Shown: positions 7,216 to 15,305 of the stretch, piece by piece
How positions within the stretch are numbered: position 1 is the stretch's first letter
Layout of the letters: the number at the start of each line of letters is the position of its first letter
Assembly: GCA_963713975.1 (NCBI GenBank)
Contig: OY970218.1
Span: 224,001 to 288,000 of the forward strand
DNA: 64,000 bases
DNA from: an uncultured Chloroflexia bacterium
Lineage (GTDB): Bacteria > Chloroflexota > Limnocylindria > Limnocylindrales > CSP1-4
Reading direction: 5' to 3'
Notes under the pieces: generated by a model
What the model was told of the DNA's origin: nothing
Databases searched by the model: none
What the model saw: the letters and a program-made list of their open reading frames with translations, nothing else
Made by a program: the position numbers and the translations under genes

Positions 7216-9980
7216 GGGAATCACCGGCGTGGCCCCGTGCGAACCGCGCCCAAGCGAGCTCGGCCCAGTGTTACGATCGCGCACCGCGGAGGTGCCTGAC
7301 GATCCCACCGAACGCCACCGCCCGGCCGGTATCCCTCGACGGATATCGGCCCCAAAGGACCCGACTACACCCGCCGCTGAGGCCGGCGGGCCTCTTGGCA
7401 CGCCCGGAGCTCGAAACGGCTCTTCGAACCAGCCTCACTTCCCGAACGCTCACGCTCCTGTCGGCTCCCGCCGGGTACGGCAAGACCAGCCTCCTCGCCT
7501 CGATCACCACTAACCCTCCCCTCCCCCATGCGTGGCTCACCGCGCACGAGGATGACGACGACCCGCTTCGGTTCCTCTATTCCCTCGTCACGACGCTCCG
7601 CTTCTTCGACCCGGCTTGCGGCGCGACAGCAGCTGCGCTGCTCGCCGGGTCCGCGACGCCGGATCCGGCCCACATCCTCGATCGGCTCGTTGATGACCTC
7701 GACAGCTTCGCATCACAACCCGTCGTGCTCGTCCTGGATGAGCTTGAGGTGCTGGGGAATCCGGCCGTGTATGGGCTCCTCGACCGACTCCTCCAGACCA
7801 CCCCAGCACACGTGCACGTCGCCATCGGGACTCGCCGCGACCCCCCGATTCCGCTCGCCCGACTCCGGGCCCGCGACCAGCTCTCCGAGTTCCGCGCCGC
7901 GGACTTGCGACTGACCGATCTCGAGGCCCAGGCTCTCCTCGAAGCTGCCGGTCATCGGCTCGAGTCCGACGACCTGGTCGCGCTCTACGACCGAACGGAA
8001 GGGTGGCCAGCCGGATATCGATTCCTGACCGCGGCCCTGGAGCGGATTCCCAATTCCGCCGATCGAAGCCGCTACGTCGATGCGCTCGCCCGGTCCGATC
8101 GCTTCGCTGCTGAGTTCCTCGTCGACGACGTCCTCATCCGCCAGGATGCCCCCCTCCAGGTCTTCCTCCTCGGGACTTCCATCCTCCAGGAGCTCACACC
8201 GGCGGCCTGTCGAGCTGTCACCGGGCGGACGGACGCGGCCGAGGTCCTGGCAGACCTTGCCACGAGGAACCTGTTCATCACCCAGCTGGAGGATGGGGTC
8301 TATCGGTACCACGCTCTGTTCCGGCAGCTCCTCGAATCCGAGCTCGCACGATCCACCCCTGAACGGGTGCCCCACCTCCACGCCTTGGCCGCCGCCTACT
8401 ACGGCAAGGTCGAGCCGGATCGTACGATGTCGCATCTCATCCGCGCCGGCCTTGACGCCGAAGCCGCCACGCTGGTCGAGGACAGCGGAGGGGCGCTCCT
8501 GCGGCAGGGCTTCACCGCCTCCCTTGAACGCTTGCTGGACCTCCTGCCCGCATCCGTGTTCGATTCGCGGCCCCGGCTCTCCTACCTACGGGCAGCATGC
8601 CGTTTCGAGCAAGGTGACGTCTCCGGCGCGCTGCCGCTGGTCCTGATAGCAATCGACGGGCTCCAGGCAGCGGGAGACCCGCATGGCCTGGGACAGGCCG
8701 CCGCCCTCCTCGCCACCATCGCTGTCGTCCAGGACGACCTCGAGCGTTCTGGTCCCCTCATCGACCAGGCGCTTGCCCTCCCTGTCACCCCCGCCGATCG
8801 GGTGACGCTGCTCCTCGGGAGGGCCCGGCTCGCACTCCTCGATCGTCGATGGGTGAGCGCCCAGAACGACCTGGAGGACGCACTCCGGGTGGCGCAGCAG
8901 CACGAGGAACCGGACCCGCTCTACGCCCTCATGTACCTCCATCCGACCTTCCCCTTCCTTCCCAACGGTCTCGACCTCACCGAGCGGGCATGTGCCCTCG
9001 TGCGGAGCCGCCTCGGCGATCCGCTGCCGGCGGGTCCGCTCCGCATCATGTACGACAGCCAGATCGCGATCTCCCACCTCATGCGCGGCCGCCTCGATGA
9101 AGCGCTCCTTGCCTGCGATGACGGCCTGCAGCTCATCCAACAGCTCGGCGTGGATGCAGGCGGATCTGCCCTCCTACTCGCCACCACCGCCATTTCGGTG
9201 AACATGGCCCGCGACAACGACCAGGTCGTGGACAGCCTGCTGCAGATGTTCGAGCTCCGTGCGGGACGGGCCGGGATGCCTGATGCACAGATCCCCGGTG
9301 CGTTCTTCCTCCACGGGAGGCTCTGCTGGATGGAGGGCAGGCTAGAGGAGGCGCACCAATTCCTCGACCGAATGGCTCCCGCCGTCGACGCGGGGCGCCT
9401 CCCGGGAGTGCCGGTCCTGCGCGCGATTCTCAGCGGGATGATGCTCATGAGCCGCCACGACTTCGAGGAGGCAGAGCGAAGCTTCGTGAACGCCTTGCGC
9501 ATGGAGTCGGATCGCCGTGCCTCGCTGGCGTTCGGAGCAGCCCGACCTCCGCTGGCCCACCTCTACTTCACTTGGGGTCGGCGACAGGCCGCGCTCGACA
9601 CCCTGGGTCCGATGCTGGCCGAGTGCGAGGAGCGGGGAACTCCGGGGATGTTGTTGCGCGAAGGACGGCTCATTGTCCCGGTGCTTCGTTTGGCAGTTGA
9701 GTCGGGGATCCATGCCGGGACCGCCCGGCGCCTCCTCCTTGCCCTCGGCGACCTCGAAGCCCTGCCGGTCGAAGTACCAGGGACCGGCCAGACCCTGACC
9801 CGACGGGAGATCGAGGTGCTCATCCTGGTCTCGGCGGGAAAGGGCAACCGGGCCATCGCCGAGGAACTCTCCATCAGCCTGCACACGGCAAAGCGCCACG
9901 TCGCCAACATCCTCGCGAAGCTCGAGGCTTCGTCGCGGACCGCTGCCGTCGCCCGCTCTCGGGAGCTCGGCATCACCTGA
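7185..9980 (+). CDS. MalT-like large ATP-binding LuxR regulator (true start probably about 7290-7330)
   Basis: TRLHPP, Walker A APAGYGKTS, VLVLDE, TEGWPAG, YRYHALF, and C-terminal LTRREIEVL..GNRAIAEELSISLHTAKRHVANILAKL HTH. Confidence 0.92.
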   Translation: MRAGWRGPASRESPAWPRANRAQASSAQCYDRAPRRCLTIPPNATARPVSLDGYRPQRTRLHPPLRPAGLLARPELETALRTSLTSRTLTLLSAPAGYGKTSLLASITTNPPLPHAWLTAHEDDDDPLRFLYSLVTTLRFFDPACGATAAALLAGSATPDPAHILDRLVDDLDSFASQPVVLVLDELEVLGNPAVYGLLDRLLQTTPAHVHVAIGTRRDPPIPLARLRARDQLSEFRAADLRLTDLEAQALLEAAGHRLESDDLVALYDRTEGWPAGYRFLTAALERIPNSADRSRYVDALARSDRFAAEFLVDDVLIRQDAPLQVFLLGTSILQELTPAACRAVTGRTDAAEVLADLATRNLFITQLEDGVYRYHALFRQLLESELARSTPERVPHLHALAAAYYGKVEPDRTMSHLIRAGLDAEAATLVEDSGGALLRQGFTASLERLLDLLPASVFDSRPRLSYLRAACRFEQGDVSGALPLVLIAIDGLQAAGDPHGLGQAAALLATIAVVQDDLERSGPLIDQALALPVTPADRVTLLLGRARLALLDRRWVSAQNDLEDALRVAQQHEEPDPLYALMYLHPTFPFLPNGLDLTERACALVRSRLGDPLPAGPLRIMYDSQIAISHLMRGRLDEALLACDDGLQLIQQLGVDAGGSALLLATTAISVNMARDNDQVVDSLLQMFELRAGRAGMPDAQIPGAFFLHGRLCWMEGRLEEAHQFLDRMAPAVDAGRLPGVPVLRAILSGMMLMSRHDFEEAERSFVNALRMESDRRASLAFGAARPPLAHLYFTWGRRQAALDTLGPMLAECEERGTPGMLLREGRLIVPVLRLAVESGIHAGTARRLLLALGDLEALPVEVPGTGQTLTRREIEVLILVSAGKGNRAIAEELSISLHTAKRHVANILAKLEASSRTAAVARSRELGIT

Positions 9981-9984
9981 CGAA

Positions 9985-10506
9985 ATGGCTCTTTCGAGCG
10001 ATGGCGTGGCAGCGCCCGGATCGTACGTTGCCCTCATGCTCGAAGGGCTCAAGGATCAGGTCGCGGCGGAACTGAGTCGGCACGACGCGTGCGTGCTCAC
10101 CACCAGCGGACAGCAGGGTGTCTGGGCGATCCCGGTCCGCTGCCACAGTACCGGACTCGACGTCGAGTGCCTCGTGCCCCGATGGTCGGACTCGGTCCAT
10201 TTCGTATGCGTGGATCCCGAACTCCTGCTCCTCATTCCCGCTGCGGGAGGGGCAGTGCAGTGGCTCCAGTACTGGGGCCGTGTCGAGCGGGTGACCAACG
10301 ACCCGCGCAGTCACTACCTCACGATCCTCGTCACCCCCAACCGGATCGACGTCATCGATGAAGCCCGTGGCTGGGGAATCCTCGAGAGCCTCGAGATTCA
10401 GGCTGCGAATGGCGGAGAGATGGAAATACAACCAGGGAACGGCCGGACGGTCGAGGAGCGCAGACGGGGTCGGAGTCCCCCGAGGTGGCGACTCGAGCAG
10501 GGGTGA
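9985..10506 (+). CDS. Hypothetical protein, possibly pyridoxamine 5'-phosphate oxidase-like split barrel
   Basis: Starts 4 nt after the LuxR stop. CVLTTSG..GVWAIPV and WLQYWGRVE resemble the PNPOx-like fold (weak). Confidence 0.6.
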   Translation: MALSSDGVAAPGSYVALMLEGLKDQVAAELSRHDACVLTTSGQQGVWAIPVRCHSTGLDVECLVPRWSDSVHFVCVDPELLLLIPAAGGAVQWLQYWGRVERVTNDPRSHYLTILVTPNRIDVIDEARGWGILESLEIQAANGGEMEIQPGNGRTVEERRRGRSPPRWRLEQG

Positions 10507-10580
10507 CCGCATGAGCTCACTCCTTGCATCCTCCCGTCCCAAACCGAAGCAATCCGTACGACCCACAGGGGTGAAGTGAC

Positions 10581-11096
10581 ATGTCAGATGGCAAAGCGAC
10601 ATCGGCCCCTTCCGAGGAGGAGATTCGCAAACGATTCGAGATGGGCAAGGGCATGAGCCAGGGGAAGCTCGGCAATCGGTTGTCCCTCGTGCACGCCGGC
10701 TTCTACCGAATGATGGGTGGGCGGAAGGGCGCAAGAATCAATGACGCCCTGGGCGACCGCCCGGTCCTGCTGCTCACGACGGTCGGCCGCAAGAGCGGCA
10801 AGCAACGGACTGTGCCCCTCATCTACCTCGACGATGGCGACGCCCGGGTTGTCGTCGGATCAAACGCCGGCCAGGCGACCGACCCGGCCTGGATCCACAA
10901 CCTGCGGGCGCAGCCCATGGGCTCCGTGCAGGTCGGCAAGGACCGGATACCGGTCGTCGCGGAGATTCTCTCCGACCAGGCGGCGGCAGAGCTGTGGCCC
11001 CGGCTCAACAGGATGTATCGGGGCTACGAGTTCTACGCGGAGATGACCGATCGCACGCAGCAGGTCGTACGCCTCCGACCCGTTGGCCAGGCGTAG
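10581..11096 (+). CDS. Deazaflavin (F420)-dependent nitroreductase family protein (Ddn-like)
   Basis: LLLTTVGRKSGKQRTVPL, VVGSNAG..DPAWIHNL and Y..Y...TDR motifs. Confidence 0.9.
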   Translation: MSDGKATSAPSEEEIRKRFEMGKGMSQGKLGNRLSLVHAGFYRMMGGRKGARINDALGDRPVLLLTTVGRKSGKQRTVPLIYLDDGDARVVVGSNAGQATDPAWIHNLRAQPMGSVQVGKDRIPVVAEILSDQAAAELWPRLNRMYRGYEFYAEMTDRTQQVVRLRPVGQA

Positions 11097-11099
11097 CCT

Positions 11100-11219
11100 T
11101 CGACGGTCCCGATGCCGGGCGTCGAGGGCCCGTCTGGGCCGCGACAATCAGCCACCGTGAACGCGGCCTCATCCACGTGGGGATCGGAATCGGGACCTCA
11201 GAGCGTGGCGGAAAGCCGG
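11100..11219 (+). pseudogene. Fragment of an unknown gene (HRERGLIHVGIGIGTSERGGKP)
   Basis: 11177-11219 matches the reverse complement of 21779-21821 at 37/43 nt, including synonymous third-position changes. Confidence 0.55.
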
Positions 11220-11220
11220 C

Positions 11221-12717
11221 TCAGGCCGACAGCTCGTCCCCGAATTGGACCACCAGCTGAACGAGCGCGTCGACCTCGCGTTCCGTGGTCCGGGGGTTGA
11301 CGAAGCACGGCCGGATCGCGAAGCATCCGTCGACTGTGGTGCTCGACGGGATGATGTTCGTGTCGATGCGCAGGCGGTCGAGGATTCGTCGGTTGAGGTC
11401 GTTCACCTCGTCGTGGTCGACGACGCCCGGCGGCACGTACCGGAAGCAGGTGATCGAGAGCTGCGGCTCCGCCAGGAGCTCGAGGCGCGGGTGCGCCACC
11501 GCAGCGCCCGCCACGGCGCGGGCGAAGCCCACGTGACGTTCGACGCGCGCTACGACGCCCTGCCGGCCGATCTCCCGAAGTAGCGCCCAGACAACGACAC
11601 CGCGTGGCGGCGCGGAGAGCTCCACGCTCTGGTCCGCCCAGCGGCCCGCCATGGTGTCGAACTGCGAGACGGCCTGGGTCGAGAGGGGCGCGAACGACCC
11701 CTCGAGATACGCGGCCTCACCCTCGGCGAAAGCCCGCGTGAGCACGCCCTCGTCGCGCACATAGGTGGCGCCCACGCCAAGGCCGGTCGCGAGCCACTTG
11801 TGCGGGTCAACGATCCACGAGTCGGCATCCTCAACACCGGCAAACAGATGGCGCAGCGACGGGGCGGCGTTCGCGATGAGACCGTAGGCGCCGTCGACGT
11901 GGAGCCAGGTCCCGTACCGCCGGGCCACCTCCCCAGCCCTGCCGATCCGGTCGACGACGCCGGTGTCAGTCACCCCCGCGTTCGCCACGACCGCGACCGG
12001 GACGATGCCTGCGCGGACATCGGCGGCCATGGCCGCATCGAGGGCGTCGATGGATATCCGGCCGTCTTGGTCAACGGGGATCGCTGCCACGCCGTGGCGC
12101 CCGAGACCCAGCACTGCGGCGGCACGGTGGACGGTCCGGTGCGCGACTTCCGACGTGTAGATCCGCGCCCGGAAGCCAGTGGGCATCCCATCCTCGCCGA
12201 CGTCGTGACCCCGGCGTTCGAATGCTGCCTGGCGGGCCGCCCCGAGGGCGAGGAGGTTGGACGTCGAGCCCCCACTCGAGAAGACGCCGGTGACGCCATC
12301 GGGCAGCCCGCACAGCTCGGCGAGCCAGCGCAGTCCCGTGTACTCGAGCGTGTTGAACGATTGGTGGAGGTAGCGCTGGCCGCCGGCGACCGCCGATGCG
12401 GCAAGGGCCGCCGCCGGGACGGTCGCTGCGCCGGTCGTGATGAAGCTGAGCCAGCCCGGCGCGCTGATCCGGCTGCCCTGGATGACAGCCTCCGCCAGGT
12501 CGTCGATGGCTGCCTCTGCACCCACGCCGCGGGCCGGCAGCGGGCCGGCGGCCGTCGGCAGGCTGCCCGGAGGCGGAGCCGGGAAGGATGGTGCGGCGTG
12601 GCCGTCCGTGTAGATATCGAACGATGGCGCGAGGCGGCGGAAGAGCTCGTCCATCCGGACAAGCTCGGCGGGCTCGGCAGGGAGATCGCGGAGGGACGGC
12701 GGGGCGGGACGTTCCAT
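11221..12717 (-). CDS. Group II PLP-dependent decarboxylase (aromatic amino acid/DABA decarboxylase-like)
   Basis: SGGSTSN, HVDGAYG and DPHKWL (PLP lysine) motifs. Confidence 0.9.
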   Translation of the reverse strand: MERPAPPSLRDLPAEPAELVRMDELFRRLAPSFDIYTDGHAAPSFPAPPPGSLPTAAGPLPARGVGAEAAIDDLAEAVIQGSRISAPGWLSFITTGAATVPAAALAASAVAGGQRYLHQSFNTLEYTGLRWLAELCGLPDGVTGVFSSGGSTSNLLALGAARQAAFERRGHDVGEDGMPTGFRARIYTSEVAHRTVHRAAAVLGLGRHGVAAIPVDQDGRISIDALDAAMAADVRAGIVPVAVVANAGVTDTGVVDRIGRAGEVARRYGTWLHVDGAYGLIANAAPSLRHLFAGVEDADSWIVDPHKWLATGLGVGATYVRDEGVLTRAFAEGEAAYLEGSFAPLSTQAVSQFDTMAGRWADQSVELSAPPRGVVVWALLREIGRQGVVARVERHVGFARAVAGAAVAHPRLELLAEPQLSITCFRYVPPGVVDHDEVNDLNRRILDRLRIDTNIIPSSTTVDGCFAIRPCFVNPRTTEREVDALVQLVVQFGDELSA

Positions 12718-12865
12718 GACGGGGCATGGTCGCACAGCCGGCAAGCGAGCCGACGTCGCGTGCCCGGATCATGACGACGGGCGAGGTGGCGCTTGCCATG
12801 CAGCGCCGCCTGTCGCCACCGTGGCGACCGTTGCGTCGATCGCCGTTCTGACCGATCCTTGGTTG

Positions 12866-13471
12866 ATGCCGTCCGACCTCGAGGCCAACCCGCTGCTCGC
12901 CGTTGTCTGGGTCGGGATGGTCATCGGCCTGGTTGCGCTGTGCATTCTGCTGTGGACCCAGCTGCAGCAGAGGTCGAGGCGCTATGGCGGCGGCAAGCGT
13001 GCCGCGATCGTCATGGCGCTGGCCGTCGTGGGGCTGCTGGTGGCGATCGCACCGGACTTCCTGCCGATGGACATCGGGATCTTCCTGCTGGTCCTCTCGG
13101 TCGTCGCCATCTACAAGCCCGAGCAGGTGATCAAGGCCACGGGCGGCGCCCGTATCGAGTGGCGTGCGCTGCGCGACGGACGCGAGCTGCAGCTCCTCGT
13201 CAAGGAGCATGGCGGCCCCCTGTACGCCAGGCAGAACGCAGAGGTGCAGGAGCGGTTCGAGGCGCTGTCCTCGGTGGAGGGGCCCGAGACGGAGGTCTAC
13301 ATCGGGCTCCTGCGGGAGACGCTGCTGGAGGACCCGGATGCCCCCGGCTTGGACGCGAAGCTGGCCGGCCTGGCCGAGGCGGATGCCGCGCTGCGGGAGA
13401 CGATCGGCGCCCGGCCGACCTGGGAGAAGGAGCTGGAGCGCCGCGCCGCGGCGGGAGCGCCGGTCGAATAG
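12866..13471 (+). CDS. Hypothetical membrane protein
   Basis: Three N-terminal TM helices then a helical domain. Start placed at MPSDLEANP. Confidence 0.75.
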   Translation: MPSDLEANPLLAVVWVGMVIGLVALCILLWTQLQQRSRRYGGGKRAAIVMALAVVGLLVAIAPDFLPMDIGIFLLVLSVVAIYKPEQVIKATGGARIEWRALRDGRELQLLVKEHGGPLYARQNAEVQERFEALSSVEGPETEVYIGLLRETLLEDPDAPGLDAKLAGLAEADAALRETIGARPTWEKELERRAAAGAPVE

Positions 13472-13473
13472 CC

Positions 13474-14385
13474 CTAACGGCGCGGGGTGAAGTCCCAGGC
13501 GATGGGCTCACCGCGCCAGGCGTCCCGGGCCAGCATGGCCGCACCTTCGACGGGTTCCAGCTCCAGCGTGATGATCCGTGCCCATGGCGCGCCGTCGAGC
13601 ACCGCCGTGCGGATCCGCCTACCGAACCAAGGGGACGCGTCGAGCAGGCCGCCGTACACGACCACCGCGGGCTTGGGACCCAAGCCCAGGCGAGTCACCT
13701 CCTCCCGGACGGCCCCCGAGACACGCCCGCACCAGCGGCTCACCATGCGCTCGGACAGCCTGTCACCACGCTCGGCAGCGGCGACGACGGCGGCGCCCAG
13801 GTGTGCGGCCTCGGGGGCGGGACGACGACCGGTCCAGCGCAGATGCTCCGCCGCGATCGCGCGTTGCAGCTCCCCGTCGCCCCGACCACGCCGTGCCGCG
13901 CGAGCCGCGAGGGCCCCCAGCACGTACCCGCCACCGAAGATCCCGTGGCCGCGGTCGGTGACACGGCCATCAGGCCCGCGCCCGATGACGTTGCCGCCTG
14001 TTGAGACGGGAACCACCAGGCCCACGGCATCGGATGTGCCGGCCCGCAACGCCGCGAGGGTGTCGTTCACGACGCTGACCCGGGTCGCGGGCAGGCGGGC
14101 GACCAGGGCAGCTTCGAGGGCGCGAGCGTGCTCCGGTCGGTCGATGCCGGCGCCGGCGACCAGGAGGAGCGCGATGGCCCGGTCCGTGGCTGCCTCGCGC
14201 CCCAGGGCTGCGATCCGGTCTGCGGCGACGGCCGCGCCGTGCCGCTTGGGGTTGGCCCCCGGACCCTCGGCGCGGGCGATGTGCCCGCCGTCGGGCGTGA
14301 CCGCAATGGCGACGGACTTCGTCGCCCCGGCGTCGACGCCGACGAGCGCCAGTGGCCCGGGATCGGCACGGACGTGCGTGGTCAC
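13474..14385 (-). CDS. BadF/BadG/BcrA/BcrD ATPase family (N-acetylglucosamine kinase-like)
   Basis: VGVDAGATKS, GPGANP, VVNDT..AL, STGG, YGGL and EPVEGA motifs. Confidence 0.85.
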   Translation of the reverse strand: MTTHVRADPGPLALVGVDAGATKSVAIAVTPDGGHIARAEGPGANPKRHGAAVAADRIAALGREAATDRAIALLLVAGAGIDRPEHARALEAALVARLPATRVSVVNDTLAALRAGTSDAVGLVVPVSTGGNVIGRGPDGRVTDRGHGIFGGGYVLGALAARAARRGRGDGELQRAIAAEHLRWTGRRPAPEAAHLGAAVVAAAERGDRLSERMVSRWCGRVSGAVREEVTRLGLGPKPAVVVYGGLLDASPWFGRRIRTAVLDGAPWARIITLELEPVEGAAMLARDAWRGEPIAWDFTPRR

Positions 14386-14767
14386 ACGGTCATGATCGCC
14401 GACGCGTTGCGGGCCCGTGTCGGGCGTTGCGCGTGCGCCGCGCCGGAGCTGCGGCCGGAGCTGCGGCGGGGGTCGCACGCGGTCGCGCCTGGCGCGCCAA
14501 GCGCTAAGCGTTAGCCGGCGGCGAACGCTCCAAGGCCCAACGCGACACTTGCCTTGCGTCCGCAGGCCGATGATCGCTGTCAGCGAACGTCAAGGCCGCT
14601 GGGGTACTGACACGTTCCGGCGGGAGGTCTTCGGCCTCCAAGCGTTCACCCTGGGCGAACGCGAGTACAGGACGGGTCGCCGAACGCCAGTGCAGGGCGT
14701 GCCGACGAGCCAAGGACGCAGTCCCCGGCGCTGCGCCCGGGGCCGCGCTGATCTAGCACGCCCGTTC

Positions 14768-14883
14768 TGTGGACAACGGCCCGGTGGGATCGGGGACAAC
14801 CCGAGGACCCGGGTGGATGACCGGCCGCACGGTGTGGATGACCCGCCGCGGGCTGTGGACCACGGACCCCCGCAAGTGGACCC
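14768..14883 (+). promoter_or_regulatory. Array of six DnaA-box-like 9-mers with 21-bp period
   Basis: TGTGGACAA 14768, CGGGGACAA 14791, GGTGGATGA 14812, TGTGGATGA 14833, TGTGGACCA 14854, AGTGGACCC 14875. Confidence 0.72.
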
Positions 14884-14922
14884 ATGCAGCCCCGGGACGG
14901 CGCGTTTGACGAATCAGGCTGA

Positions 14923-14971
14923 CAACAACATGTTGCGATGCGAACCATGTCCGGACCACAACATCTTGTGG
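14923..14971. promoter_or_regulatory. Tandem NrdR boxes
   Basis: CAACAACATGTTGCGA (14923-14938) and CCACAACATCTTGTGG (14956-14971), 33 bp apart, upstream of the RNR gene. Confidence 0.85.
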
Positions 14972-14980
14972 TTTTCGGGC

Positions 14981-15009
14981 TTGACCGCGCCCCACCTGCA
15001 CCGTACAGT
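14981..15009 (+). promoter_or_regulatory. Sigma-70 promoter of nrdJ
   Basis: TTGACC-17 bp-TACAGT. Confidence 0.75.
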
Positions 15010-15305
15010 TTGAGGGTCGCCCCGCCACCGGACGACCCCTCTGAGCATGTCACAGGCGCGGTCCAGAACCCCGCGCGCGTGCCCCGAGGAACCCGACTGG
15101 CGGAACGACCCGACGGACGGCCCCGTCAGCTACGTCACCCCATCTTCGTGACCGCGGGACCACCAGCCGGACGGAGTCCTGTCTGTCCGCGGCCCACCTC
15201 CCGCCTGGCATCCGGGAAGCGGCCTGCGCGAGCGGGACCCCCATCCGGTCCGACGGTGGCAAGGCGAGGTCCCGCGGACCGCGGGAGCGGAGGAGTACAC
15301 GAACC

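Noticed and set aside
14442-14466. Short tandem duplication GCCGGAGCTGCG x2 (similar 11-bp duplication near 32235-32258)
   Set aside because: Two units only; ordinary slippage in GC-rich DNA.
14768-14883. Reading the 21-bp periodic array as a CRISPR array or as oriC
   Set aside because: Repeats are only 9 bp with 12-bp gaps and there are no cas genes. No dnaA/dnaN or clear DUE is nearby, so oriC is unsupported though not excluded.
15012-15305. Cobalamin riboswitch upstream of nrdJ
   Set aside because: No GGGAA...GCCACTG/B12-box consensus found, and such switches usually control B12-independent RNRs.
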